The translations under genes and the position numbers were made by a program. Below, piece by piece: positions 19,968-29,790 of a stretch of DNA of 64,000 nt. Each line of letters begins with the position of its first letter. Position 1 is the first letter of the stretch. The stretch comes from Thermoplasmatota archaeon (GTDB lineage: Archaea; Thermoplasmatota; E2; DHVEG-1), in assembly GCA_030601705.1 (NCBI GenBank), contig JAUWBM010000001.1, forward strand, positions 3,473-67,472, given 5' to 3'. The notes under the pieces were generated by a model. It did not search any database. It saw only the letters and a program-made list of their open reading frames with translations, and was not told the origin of the DNA.

Positions 19968-20353
19968 AAGGAAGAATGATATCCCCTGGAAAGATCGAGA
20001 GCGTAGCTATTGTTTCAGAGGAACCTATTGGTTTCTATGGAGGGATAGATATAAAAACTGGTACCGTTATCGAAAAAGATCATCCACTAGAAGGGAGGTC
20101 GGTGAAGGATAAGATACTTGTTTTTCCATGCGGTAAGGGTTCGACAGTTGGATCCTATGTTATCTATGGACTAAAGAAAAATGGGGTAGCACCAAGTGGT
20201 ATTATCAACAAAGAGACAGAAACAATAGTAGCGACAGGTGTAATATTAGCAGGTATTCCATGTGTTGACCAAATAGAGATAGAAAAAATAAAAGATGGAG
20301 ACACTGTTTTATTAGATGCTGATAATGGGATAGTAACAATACAAAAAAAATAA
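19964..20353 (+). CDS. aconitase X swivel-domain subunit (DUF126; phosphomevalonate dehydratase small subunit candidate)
   Basis: ~129 aa; GKGSTVGSYVIYGLKKNGVAPSGII motif; start overlaps the stop of the large subunit. Confidence 0.8.
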   Translation: MKGRMISPGKIESVAIVSEEPIGFYGGIDIKTGTVIEKDHPLEGRSVKDKILVFPCGKGSTVGSYVIYGLKKNGVAPSGIINKETETIVATGVILAGIPCVDQIEIEKIKDGDTVLLDADNGIVTIQKK

Positions 20354-20503
20354 GCTTTACAGGAAAAAACAGATTATCGTTTTAATTGCAATAATCGGTC
20401 TATTTGTTTACTTAACATTTATATATTATAGCATCCATAGATATAGTAATAATGGAGAGGAATTACCCTGATAAAAAAGAGTTTAACAATTGGAATTATA
20501 GTA

Positions 20504-21757
20504 TTGTTCATTGGAACGGGTGTTATTATTCCATCAACTGGAACCACAGTGGTAAATAAACCTACTATTTCAACATTTCATGACGGTACCACCTTGTACG
20601 TTGGTGGGAACGGAACAGGGAACTATACGAAAATTCAGGATGCTATCAACGCTGCATGGTATGGTGACACTATTTTTGTGTATGATGATTCATCACCATA
20701 TTTTGAAAGTGTTAATTTAAATAAACGTATTTTCTTGATTGGTGCGGATAAAAATACAACCATCATTGATGCTGAACACAAGGGCAATGTGATTACCATT
20801 CAGTCAGATGGCGCTACAGTTAGTGGATTTACCATTCAAAATTGTAAGAGACCAGTTAGTTATAATTTTCAGTATTCTGTAATTGTAGCTATAGGAAGAG
20901 AAAACCTCGTCATTAAAAACAATATCATTTCAATTGGTCATATTGAATACAACGACTATGTTGCAGGGATATTTCTTCAAAATTCTTCAAATAATCTAAT
21001 TCAATACAATGTTTTATTCGAAGATTATCCGAAAGGGCGAAGTGTGGGTATAATGATTAGTGATTCAGCTTTTAACAATGTCTCTTGGAATGACATCTCA
21101 GGGGATTATTCTGTCGGTATCGAAATACGGTTCCTATATGAACCTGGCTCTTGTAAAGATAATATTATTTATGGAAATTATATTCACCATAATATGTATG
21201 GTATAGATAATTATGGATATAATACTACCATAATTAACAATACGATTTCTCATATGAATTACAAAGGTATTAGCAACGATGGTGATTATACTCTTATTTC
21301 TGGTAATATTATTATGGATAATGGTGATGGCAGTGAATTTTCCTGTGACATCATGTTAACTGGACCGTTATTTGGGGCATCTAGCAGCTATGTCTCAGAT
21401 AATATCATTTCAAATAACAATCCTGCTGGTATTTGGATTTTAGAAAATAAAAATTATATTTCAGATAACCACATTTCAAATAACATTCAAGTTGGTGTCT
21501 ACATCGATTATTCATACAACAATGTTATTATCAGGAATAATTTCGTTGATAACCCAAAAAATGCATTTTTTACTTACGGCTTTCGTCCATTCAAAAATAA
21601 CAAATTTGATGCTAATTACTGGAGTGAGTATACCGGCAGTGGGAAATTACCAAAAATTATCATTGGCCGCAGAACTGGTTTAATCTTTTTATCCCACTCT
21701 TGGTTCGACATTGATTGGCATCCAGCACAAGAACCATATGACATCCCAGCAGTTTAG
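20504..21757 (+). CDS. secreted right-handed parallel beta-helix repeat protein (NosD/pectin-lyase-like)
   Basis: Repeated ~22-aa N/I/G-rich beta-helix turns (NNIISNN, GIYI, NNxI). TTG start per the track; the open frame extends upstream to encode a TM/signal segment (KKSLTIGIIVLFIGTGVIIPS) with no ATG. Confidence 0.65.
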   Translation: MFIGTGVIIPSTGTTVVNKPTISTFHDGTTLYVGGNGTGNYTKIQDAINAAWYGDTIFVYDDSSPYFESVNLNKRIFLIGADKNTTIIDAEHKGNVITIQSDGATVSGFTIQNCKRPVSYNFQYSVIVAIGRENLVIKNNIISIGHIEYNDYVAGIFLQNSSNNLIQYNVLFEDYPKGRSVGIMISDSAFNNVSWNDISGDYSVGIEIRFLYEPGSCKDNIIYGNYIHHNMYGIDNYGYNTTIINNTISHMNYKGISNDGDYTLISGNIIMDNGDGSEFSCDIMLTGPLFGASSSYVSDNIISNNNPAGIWILENKNYISDNHISNNIQVGVYIDYSYNNVIIRNNFVDNPKNAFFTYGFRPFKNNKFDANYWSEYTGSGKLPKIIIGRRTGLIFLSHSWFDIDWHPAQEPYDIPAV

Positions 21758-21804
21758 AGTATCAGCAATTACCTATGAAAAATCCGTTGAAATTAAGTAA
21801 AAGA

Positions 21805-23091
21805 CTATAACAACGCACGCATACTCCAGGAGACACCTATTCCATTTATGGGTATTTGATGCTCCCCTTCATCATCAGACCACGACAATGTGCCTTCAAT
21901 CTCGCAAGCTCCAACTTTCATACCCATATAGGTTGGGAATTTCCATATTTTATTGTATGAATTTTCTATTTCAATATTTACATCTAATTTTGTGTTTGTT
22001 CCATACAATAATGATTGACTTATAACATAAATAGGATTTAAACTAGGTTTTGCAGTTATACTGAAATCTGCTGGCATTCTTACGAACGGAAATATCTTAT
22101 CATCTTCCCTTGTTATTTTTAGATCAACGTTTTTCAGCTCTGTTATAGTCTCCCCATTATCCGTGGTTATAAGTAAGGTACCAAACGGGTTTATTATGGA
22201 TGTTTTACTAGATATAAACTGAGGAGTTGGATAATAATTACTTTCATAGATGTTCCATCCGTTGTCCAATGTCACATGAAACCAGTCCCATCCGTTGATT
22301 AATCCTTTTGTTACAGCCTTTGGAGACCATGCATGTTCATGATGCCCAGTTCCTTTTACTATAAATTTCTCGCCATCAATTTCTACTGTACCAGTGACTT
22401 CACACCCTGTAAATAGATAATTTGCAATACTGCTTTTTGATTTATCAAACGCTCTACTACCTATTGTCCATATTGGAAGTGAACTTGTTGTATAATCCAA
22501 ATCTATGATAATTTCGTGAGTGTTGTCTATGTCTTTATCTTCAGCATGGACGTGCCAGTTTGGATATTCTCCTTCAGCCCACGAATCCTCAAATTCCACG
22601 TTTACTCCTGGAGAACTTGCTATAAGAGTGCCGGAGTTTAGAATTCCAAGATACCTCTTTTTATTGATCATTCCCCCAAACGTTTTTCCATTCTCACCAT
22701 GCAACACAACTACTAGAAGATCTGGTTTCAATGTTCCGATTAAATCACCTCGAGCCATATGATTGAAGCTTATTGACACAGACCAATCCTTTAATTCACT
22801 ATCCTCATCGTTAAATACTGCCCCAAAGTACCACCATTCCCTAGATATGCGAATTTTATCATAATGCACGCCCTCATCCTCAGGTGAAACATCTCTCCTG
22901 AAAGAGGGTATAAAAGAAGTTGGTGGAGTTGGTATTTCTGGTGGCGGAGCTGTTACATTTTCGTCCTCTGGTGGAGAAACTTCCTCCAATAGTGGTAAAG
23001 AAATATAGCCGGCTTTGTACAAAAAAAGTCCTGCAACTACTATCAATGCTACCACTATTATGGCATCAATCTTTTTTAATTTAATTTTCAT
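21805..23091 (-). CDS. membrane-anchored CrtC/AttH-like (carotenoid 1,2-hydratase family) protein
   Basis: N-terminal TM (IIVVALIVVAGLFLY) and Pro-rich linker; H..D...EWWYF...WDWFHV motifs typical of the hydroxyneurosporene synthase/AttH family. Confidence 0.6.
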   Translation of the reverse strand: MKIKLKKIDAIIVVALIVVAGLFLYKAGYISLPLLEEVSPPEDENVTAPPPEIPTPPTSFIPSFRRDVSPEDEGVHYDKIRISREWWYFGAVFNDEDSELKDWSVSISFNHMARGDLIGTLKPDLLVVVLHGENGKTFGGMINKKRYLGILNSGTLIASSPGVNVEFEDSWAEGEYPNWHVHAEDKDIDNTHEIIIDLDYTTSSLPIWTIGSRAFDKSKSSIANYLFTGCEVTGTVEIDGEKFIVKGTGHHEHAWSPKAVTKGLINGWDWFHVTLDNGWNIYESNYYPTPQFISSKTSIINPFGTLLITTDNGETITELKNVDLKITREDDKIFPFVRMPADFSITAKPSLNPIYVISQSLLYGTNTKLDVNIEIENSYNKIWKFPTYMGMKVGACEIEGTLSWSDDEGEHQIPINGIGVSWSMRALL

Positions 23092-23234
23092 TCTCCACCA
23101 AACTATTTGTTTTTATATATTTCTTTATTATATTTGTTATTAATAGTTTTCTTTACAGTTATTACCATAACTTCTAAAGAACAGGTTTTAATAAAGAGTG
23201 ATAGATTACCCAAAAAACCATTTCGGGTAGAAAC

Positions 23235-23753
23235 ATGATAGAAAAGGGCGATATTGAAAAATGCTTTCCAGAGTTACAATGGATAAAAGATACTAATTTA
23301 AGAGGAAAAGTAGTTGAAGTATGGAAAAAAGCTGCAGACCGTGGTAAATGGAATACGCTCGATGATGTACCATTTACTCTCCTTTTTGAGAATTCAGGAT
23401 TGCTTACTGAACATACAAGACGGATAACACGTTTAGCAAAGAACATTATGGAAGTAAGAGAGGAAGATATTAATGGAGATTATTTGATCGCAGGTGCTCT
23501 TCTTCATGATGTTGGAAAACTTTTGGAATACGAAATCCGTGATGGCAAGGTTGTAAAAAGCGAGTATGGTAAGAGATTCCGCCATCCTGTTTCTGGTTCG
23601 AAACTTGCTTGGGAATGCGGCCTACCTGAGGATATTGTTCATATAATATATGCTCATTCACATGAGGGAGACAAGAGTGAGAGAACCCCCGAAGCGATTA
23701 TTGTTCATCATTGTGACTTTATAGATTTTGAGATAAAGAAATCGATGGTGTAA
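23235..23753 (+). CDS. HD-domain phosphohydrolase
   Basis: GALLHDVGK...HH..D motif set. Confidence 0.7.
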   Translation: MIEKGDIEKCFPELQWIKDTNLRGKVVEVWKKAADRGKWNTLDDVPFTLLFENSGLLTEHTRRITRLAKNIMEVREEDINGDYLIAGALLHDVGKLLEYEIRDGKVVKSEYGKRFRHPVSGSKLAWECGLPEDIVHIIYAHSHEGDKSERTPEAIIVHHCDFIDFEIKKSMV

Positions 23754-23757
23754 GATT

Positions 23758-25245
23758 ATGAGGGTAAAGAACGCTGCGGGTAGGACGATTGAGACTGCTA
23801 TTGGTGATAAAACGCTGAAGCCTTTTGCAGGAGCAAAAAAATACAGTTGGTGTTCAAAGGTTACAAGTTTGACTGACGCATTGAAAAAATGCGGCCTGAA
23901 GAACGGAAATACACTTTCTTTTCATCATCAACTTCGCAATGGTGACAATGTAATCAATATGACGCTTGCTGCAGCACGTGATCTCGATGTTAAAAATATT
24001 AGAATGGCACAGACTGCAATATTTAACGTTCATGAACCTGTTATAGACTTTATTAAAGAGGGTGTTGTAAATAGAATAGAGGGAAGTATTAATGGTGTTG
24101 TCGGAGATTTTGTTTCTAAGCATCCTCTCCCATATCCCGTTGTGTTGCGTTCTCATGGCGGGCGTTGGGCTGCTGTTAAAACAGATGAATTACATGTTGA
24201 TATTGCTGTTATAGCTGCTTCTGCCGCCGATGTGCGTGGGAATTGTACGGGAATTATTGGTGAGAGTGCGTTTGGCCCCATATCTTATTCTGAAATTGAT
24301 GCAATGTGTGCTGATCATGTGATCGTGGTGACTGACAATGTTGTTGATTACCCCTGTAAATTTCAAGAGATTCAGGAGAGATATGTTGATTATGTAGCAG
24401 AGGTAGATCGCATAGGCGATCCCAAAAATATTATGTCGGGTACAACAAAGATAACAGAAGATCCTATGAAACTGCAGATCGCTCGTGATTGTGTTGAATT
24501 GATGGATGCTGTGGGGATTATTAAAGAGGGCATGATTTTTCAGTCGGGTGCGGGTGGAATATCTCTTGCTGCAATGAAATATTTAGATGATAGACTTGAA
24601 GAAAAAGATATAGTTGCAGCTACTGCAACTGGTGGTCTTACAAAGTTAATATGTGATATTTATAAGGCAGGTCGTGTTAAAAATATCTATTATTCCCAAG
24701 TTTTTGATGAGTATTCTGTAAAGTTTATCCAAGAAGATCTTGGACTGCCAGCTGATATTGGTCATTACGCTGATCCAACCTCCAAGGGCCGTACTATTGA
24801 TGGCCTTGATACAGTTGTTCTTGGTGCAACAGAGGTCGATACAAATTTCAATGTTAATGTTAACACACATAGTGATGGTCGACTTTTACATGGTATAGGA
24901 GGTCATCAGGATACATCTGCTGGTTCATCCTTATGTATTATTTCTTGTCCTGTTTTTAGAAAAGCTAACCCGATTGTTAGAGAGAAGGTTACAACAATTA
25001 CAACCCCTGGAGATGTTGTAGACGCCATTGTAACTAATGAAGGGACAGCAATAAATCCCCAGCGGAAAGACATCATTGAAAAGGTAGAGGGGAAAATAAA
25101 CCTCGTTCCAATAGAAGAGCTAAAGAATATGGCATATGATGCAACAGGTGGACCAGAAGAGTTGGACCTTGGCGAAGAAATCGTAGGCATGACGAAATGG
25201 ATGGATGGAACCGTGTTAGATATTATAAAACGGGTTAAAGAGTGA
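23758..25245 (+). CDS. citF: citrate lyase alpha-subunit homolog (citrate CoA-transferase, CitF family)
   Basis: Near-collinear match to CitF: LSFHHQLRNGDNVINM, VVLRSHGGRWAAV, VDIAVIAAS..D..GN, LDTVVLGATEVDTNFNVNVNTHSDGRLLHGIGGHQDT, TTITTPGDVVDAIVTNEGTAINPQR. Confidence 0.85.
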   Translation: MRVKNAAGRTIETAIGDKTLKPFAGAKKYSWCSKVTSLTDALKKCGLKNGNTLSFHHQLRNGDNVINMTLAAARDLDVKNIRMAQTAIFNVHEPVIDFIKEGVVNRIEGSINGVVGDFVSKHPLPYPVVLRSHGGRWAAVKTDELHVDIAVIAASAADVRGNCTGIIGESAFGPISYSEIDAMCADHVIVVTDNVVDYPCKFQEIQERYVDYVAEVDRIGDPKNIMSGTTKITEDPMKLQIARDCVELMDAVGIIKEGMIFQSGAGGISLAAMKYLDDRLEEKDIVAATATGGLTKLICDIYKAGRVKNIYYSQVFDEYSVKFIQEDLGLPADIGHYADPTSKGRTIDGLDTVVLGATEVDTNFNVNVNTHSDGRLLHGIGGHQDTSAGSSLCIISCPVFRKANPIVREKVTTITTPGDVVDAIVTNEGTAINPQRKDIIEKVEGKINLVPIEELKNMAYDATGGPEELDLGEEIVGMTKWMDGTVLDIIKRVKE

Positions 25246-25251
25246 TATAAA

Positions 25252-26022
25252 ATGAGATGGAACACCAAAATCACAAAGGTTGAGCCGAATCATTTGGTAA
25301 CACGTGGTTATAGACAAGAAGATTTGATAGGGAATATACCGTATTCTCACGTTGTATACCTGCTTTTGAAAGGCGATCTGCCATCAAAAGAACATGGAAA
25401 GATGATTGATGCCATTCTTACTGCCTGTATCGATCATGGGGTAACACCTCCTTCATCAATTGCATCTAGAACTGTAGCATCTGGTGGAGTACCCCTTCCA
25501 ACTGCTGTTGCAGCCGGAATTCTATCTATTGGAGATGCTCATGGTGGGGCAATAGAAAAAGGTGCAAAATTCCTGCAAAATGGCATTTTACGTATGAAAG
25601 AAGAGGGTAAAACAGTAGAAGAAATAGCAGAGATTCTTGTTAATGAGCATAAGGAACAACATAAACGGATATCGGGGTTCGGCCACAGGGTTCATACTTC
25701 AGATCCCAGAACAAAAAGACTTTTTGTACTTGCCGAAGAATTAAAAATTGCTGGAAATCATATGGCTCTTTCAAATGCAGTTGAATTAGAACTTGAAAAA
25801 ACATATGGAAGAAAGCTGCCAATAAATGTAGATGGCGCAATAGCAGCAATTATTTCAGATATGGATTTTGACTGGAGACTTGGAAAAGCATTCTTTTTGT
25901 TAGGTAGAGTTGCAGGATTAACTGCGCATGTTTATGAAGAACAAACTCAGGAAAAACCCATGAGAAAAATGTTTTCAATAGAATGTGACTACAACGGTCC
26001 AAAAGAAAGAGATCTCCCCTAA
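25252..26022 (+). CDS. short citrate-synthase-family protein (citryl-CoA lyase-like, CCL)
   Basis: ~256 aa; VVYLLLKGDLP, DAHGGAIE, GFGHRVHTSDPR and C-terminal R..G..AH..EE correspond to citrate-synthase catalytic motifs without the large N-terminal domain. Confidence 0.75.
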   Translation: MRWNTKITKVEPNHLVTRGYRQEDLIGNIPYSHVVYLLLKGDLPSKEHGKMIDAILTACIDHGVTPPSSIASRTVASGGVPLPTAVAAGILSIGDAHGGAIEKGAKFLQNGILRMKEEGKTVEEIAEILVNEHKEQHKRISGFGHRVHTSDPRTKRLFVLAEELKIAGNHMALSNAVELELEKTYGRKLPINVDGAIAAIISDMDFDWRLGKAFFLLGRVAGLTAHVYEEQTQEKPMRKMFSIECDYNGPKERDLP

Positions 26023-26080
26023 TTATTGCTTTCTATCTAGAAAATCTTAAATACTTATGTAGATCATATGGAGATAGTAC

Positions 26081-27400
26081 ATGAAAATTTTGCTGGTATT
26101 TCCTAGGATTGAACACGGTGCATTAACCTGTAAAGATAAAGGGTCATGGAGTTCCATACTCTTTGGCTATCCAATTATAACACTCCCGCATCTTGCAGCA
26201 ATAACCCCGAGTAACCATATTGTCAAAATAGTCAACGAGAATTATGACACCATTGATTTTGATGAAGATGTTGACTTGGTAGGAATAACCTGTTATACTA
26301 TGACAGCGCCACGTGCGTATGAAATTGCAGATGAGTTTAGAGAACAAGGGAAAACGGTTGTATTAGGTGGATATCACCCAACAGCAATGCCAGAGGAAGC
26401 AAAACAACATGCAGATAGCATTGTAATGGGCATGGCAGAAGCGAATTGGCCAAAGACAATTAATGATTTTGAAAATGGAAAATTAAAACCCATATATGAA
26501 AGGGATCATGATTTTGATATATCTAAAGTCCCTCCGTTGAGAAGGGATCTTATTAGACATAACCCGTTCATAGGCGCAATTCAAACAACAAGAGGATGTT
26601 CTAATCGTTGTGAATTTTGTGCAATTAGCAGCTTCTGTGGAAATATGGTAAAACAAAGACCCGTCAAAGATGTTGTCGAAGAAATTAAAAATATGCCTAA
26701 TAATTTGTTTATATTTCATGATCCGCATCTCACCTTACATCGAAAATATGCAATGGAGCTCTTTAAAGAGATGATACGGCAAAAAATTCATAAGGGATGG
26801 GTAGCAAATGGAACGGCAAATATTCTTGGTAAAGCTGAAGAGAAATTTTTAGATCTAGCTCAAAAAGCTGGATGTGTCGAATGGTTCGTAGGTTTTGAAT
26901 CAGTTAATCAGGAGACATTAAATAATATCAATAAAAAACACAACAAAGTAGAAGATTTTAAAAAAATGATAAAAAGAGTCCATGATCATGGAATGACCAT
27001 CCAGGGAGGTATAATCTTTGGGTTTGACGAGGATACACCCAATATTTTTGACACAACACTTGAGACAATTAATGACTGGGATTTAGACGTGCTTGAGGTA
27101 AATATTCTTACTCCTTATCCGGGTACACCATTATTTGAAAGGTTAGACAGAGAGGGAAGGATACTTACAAGGGACTGGAGTAGATATAATCAAGTTGATG
27201 TTGTCTTTAAACCTAATAATATGACCGGAAAAGAATTATATGAGGGTGCAAGAAGAGTAGCTAAAGAATTTTATTCACCCCATAACATAGTAAAAAAATT
27301 AACACAGATTATTATGACAACTAAAAGATTCTCAGGCATCATTCCGTCTGCAACAAGTTTTGCCTTCCGACGTTATTATAAAAGGGATTTTAATTTCTGA
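26081..27400 (+). CDS. B12-binding-domain radical SAM enzyme
   Basis: N-terminal cobalamin-binding-like Rossmann (VDLVGITCYTMTAPRAYEIADEFREQGKTVVLGGYH) followed by the CSNRCEFC radical-SAM cluster motif. Confidence 0.8.
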   Translation: MKILLVFPRIEHGALTCKDKGSWSSILFGYPIITLPHLAAITPSNHIVKIVNENYDTIDFDEDVDLVGITCYTMTAPRAYEIADEFREQGKTVVLGGYHPTAMPEEAKQHADSIVMGMAEANWPKTINDFENGKLKPIYERDHDFDISKVPPLRRDLIRHNPFIGAIQTTRGCSNRCEFCAISSFCGNMVKQRPVKDVVEEIKNMPNNLFIFHDPHLTLHRKYAMELFKEMIRQKIHKGWVANGTANILGKAEEKFLDLAQKAGCVEWFVGFESVNQETLNNINKKHNKVEDFKKMIKRVHDHGMTIQGGIIFGFDEDTPNIFDTTLETINDWDLDVLEVNILTPYPGTPLFERLDREGRILTRDWSRYNQVDVVFKPNNMTGKELYEGARRVAKEFYSPHNIVKKLTQIIMTTKRFSGIIPSATSFAFRRYYKRDFNF

Positions 27401-27576
27401 AATATTTTGTAAATCTTATCATTTCACCTGATTTTCAAAATATGAGAATATAGGATAATTGTCGAAAAGGTGACATTCTCACCGCCATGGGTGGTAGTGT
27501 TTATTATGAGTACACGGTTTGCTGTCGTTGGAAATGAATCTAGAGAAGTTTGTTCAAGTCGTTTATCTCGCACATA

Positions 27577-27951
27577 TTAAATCACAGTCCCTGTATCAGC
27601 ATCACCAACACTTCTGTAGAACTTACCAGGACTTTGAAAGTGCCCTCTTGGATATCTCTTACGAAAATTCGGTTTTTGCTTGGACAATTCCCTAGATGAA
27701 GCACCTTTTAAAAGATGAAAAGCTTGAGAAACACTCATTGTTGGAGGAATTCCAACAACAACATGAATGTAATCTGATATAACGCTTAGTTCCTCGATCT
27801 TGATTTTATGTCTTATAGCAACTTCTTCTAAAATTTCTTCGCGAAGCTTTTTATTTTCCACTTTCATAAACATCTTGTATCTATACTTAGGATAGCATTC
27901 CAAATGGTACAAATTCTGGTCAATGCCATGGCTACCGTTAACCAATTTCAT
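27577..27951 (-). mobile_element. tnpA: IS200/IS605-family transposase TnpA (Y1 HUH) gene, apparently truncated at both ends
   Basis: YHLECYPKYRYKMF...IEELSVISDYIHVVVGIPPTMSVSQAFHLLKGASSRELSKQKPNFRKRYPRGHFQSPGKFYRSVGD matches IS200 TnpA collinearly; the typical C-terminal tail is missing. Confidence 0.75.
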
Positions 27952-28377
27952 ATTTTATCACGTCCTGAGTAGGTAATTTAGATTACCCGCCTGCTCAAGA
28001 TATGAATATTTTTCTAGAAAAAGAGGTGTTTTGGGGAAAATTAGGAAGTGACTTAAAAGGCGGGGGATTTAAACCCTCAAAGTTACATTAATCATTGGAA
28101 CGTTTAGTCCAGTTTTAGGATATCAAGTATGGGCAAACGCGATAGAAAACCCCATTAGACAAAGAGACTTTGTAAAAATAAGTAAAAATTGGATGGGTAG
28201 AGGAAAAATATTTAATCCATTTGTATTTCCACAGGATGGAGCGCGATCATTTGAAACTTTCAAAAGCCGGTTATATACTGGGACGACAAACTGGGTTGAT
28301 TGTGCTACTGGAGCTAATGAAACTGGATGTGAGATCTGGAGAGTTGATCATATTTCTTGAATATTAGAACGGATAAA

Positions 28378-29706
28378 ATGAAAAATAAATTAACAGAAGA
28401 TAAAAACATAATTTTAATTACAGTCGATTGCCTAAGAGCAGATCATCTTCACTGTATAGGTTATCCCAAGAATATTTCTCCTACAATGGATTCTCTGGCA
28501 AAAAATGGAGTTTTATTTACCAATGCTATCGCTAATGCACCATATACGCCTTATTCTATACCCTCTTTTATTACATCTAGAGTTCCGCCCGTAGAAAGAT
28601 TTAAAGAGACAATATCAAGTATTCTTAAGCAAAATGGTTATGCTACTGCTGCATTTAATCCGAATCCTATAGTTTTAACTTCTACCATAACCAGTGGAGA
28701 TAGAATCAACAAAGGTTTTGATACCTTTGATTTGCTGCTTTCTTCTAAAAATAAATATGATTTGACTATTGGAGTAATAAGACAGTGGGGGATGAAATAT
28801 TTTAGAAGAAAACTAAATGAAAACGGTTTGTTTTATAAGATAATTTATTCGATATACGATAAGGCAATAAAAAAATTCCCTGTTTTTTTATGCCCTAAGG
28901 AACATCTAATAGTTCCATCTGCTATGGAAGTAAATAACTATGCGATTGATTGGGTAGCCAAACAAAATGGTAAATTTTTCCTGTGGATTCATTATATGGA
29001 CGTTCATGAACCGTACGCTCCACCGGGATATGAAAATCAAAAAGAGATGATGTATCTTATTACAAAATATAGAGATTTTCCTAATGCGCTTACAAAACTA
29101 GAAATTCAAAAACTAATGAATCTATATGATCTTACAATAGAATATACAGATAGAGCTATAAACGATCTTATAGAAAAATTGGAGAAGTTGAATCAATTTC
29201 ATAATAGTGTTATTATAATAAGTGCCGATCATGGAGATGCATTTGGAGAACATGACAACATTCTTGGTCATGGCGGAAAATTCAAGGCTCAATTTTATGA
29301 TGAAGTTATACATGTACCATTAATAATTTATGGACATAAGGAAAAAGGAATTATCGTTGATAAAGTGGTTCAACTTTTAGATATAGCTCCTACGATCTGT
29401 GAATTAGCAAATGTTCCGATACCAGTTTGTTTTTTTGGAGAAAGTCTTTTTTCTAAATCAGAAAAGGGTGCTATTATTAACTCAAGATCATATATCGGAT
29501 ATAGAACAAAAGAATGCAAGTTGATAATTAATAAATCTAACAGCAAGAGAAATGAATTGTATGATCTCATAAACGACCCTAGAGAAAGAAGAAATATTTA
29601 TAATAAGAATAAGGAAGTTACAAAAAAGTTAGAATTGGAAATGACATCTGTTTTAAAAAAATACAAGAGAAAAAAAGAACTAATTGGGATTGAAACTCAA
29701 TTTTAA
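28378..29706 (+). CDS. sulfatase-like hydrolase/transferase (alkaline-phosphatase superfamily) lacking an obvious C/S-x-P-x-R FGly motif
   Basis: KNIILITVDCLRADHL N-terminal metal-site motif; IISADHGDAFGEHDNILGHGG C-terminal motif. ATG at 28378 is preferred over the track TTG at 28357. Confidence 0.7.
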   Translation: MKNKLTEDKNIILITVDCLRADHLHCIGYPKNISPTMDSLAKNGVLFTNAIANAPYTPYSIPSFITSRVPPVERFKETISSILKQNGYATAAFNPNPIVLTSTITSGDRINKGFDTFDLLLSSKNKYDLTIGVIRQWGMKYFRRKLNENGLFYKIIYSIYDKAIKKFPVFLCPKEHLIVPSAMEVNNYAIDWVAKQNGKFFLWIHYMDVHEPYAPPGYENQKEMMYLITKYRDFPNALTKLEIQKLMNLYDLTIEYTDRAINDLIEKLEKLNQFHNSVIIISADHGDAFGEHDNILGHGGKFKAQFYDEVIHVPLIIYGHKEKGIIVDKVVQLLDIAPTICELANVPIPVCFFGESLFSKSEKGAIINSRSYIGYRTKECKLIINKSNSKRNELYDLINDPRERRNIYNKNKEVTKKLELEMTSVLKKYKRKKELIGIETQF

Positions 29707-29790
29707 TAAAATATTGAGTGTTTTCTTTGTACTGTTCATTGTCCGCCCTCGTAAAATTATTTAAACATATTAACTTATGAAAGGCAAGAT

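Noticed and set aside
27952-28357. Possible TnpB (IS605 OrfB) C-terminal fragment next to tnpA
   Set aside because: The translated fragment lacks the RuvC-III / zinc-finger pattern (C..C…C..C with DRD.NAA.N) expected for TnpB, so it is reported only as an unassigned ORF fragment.
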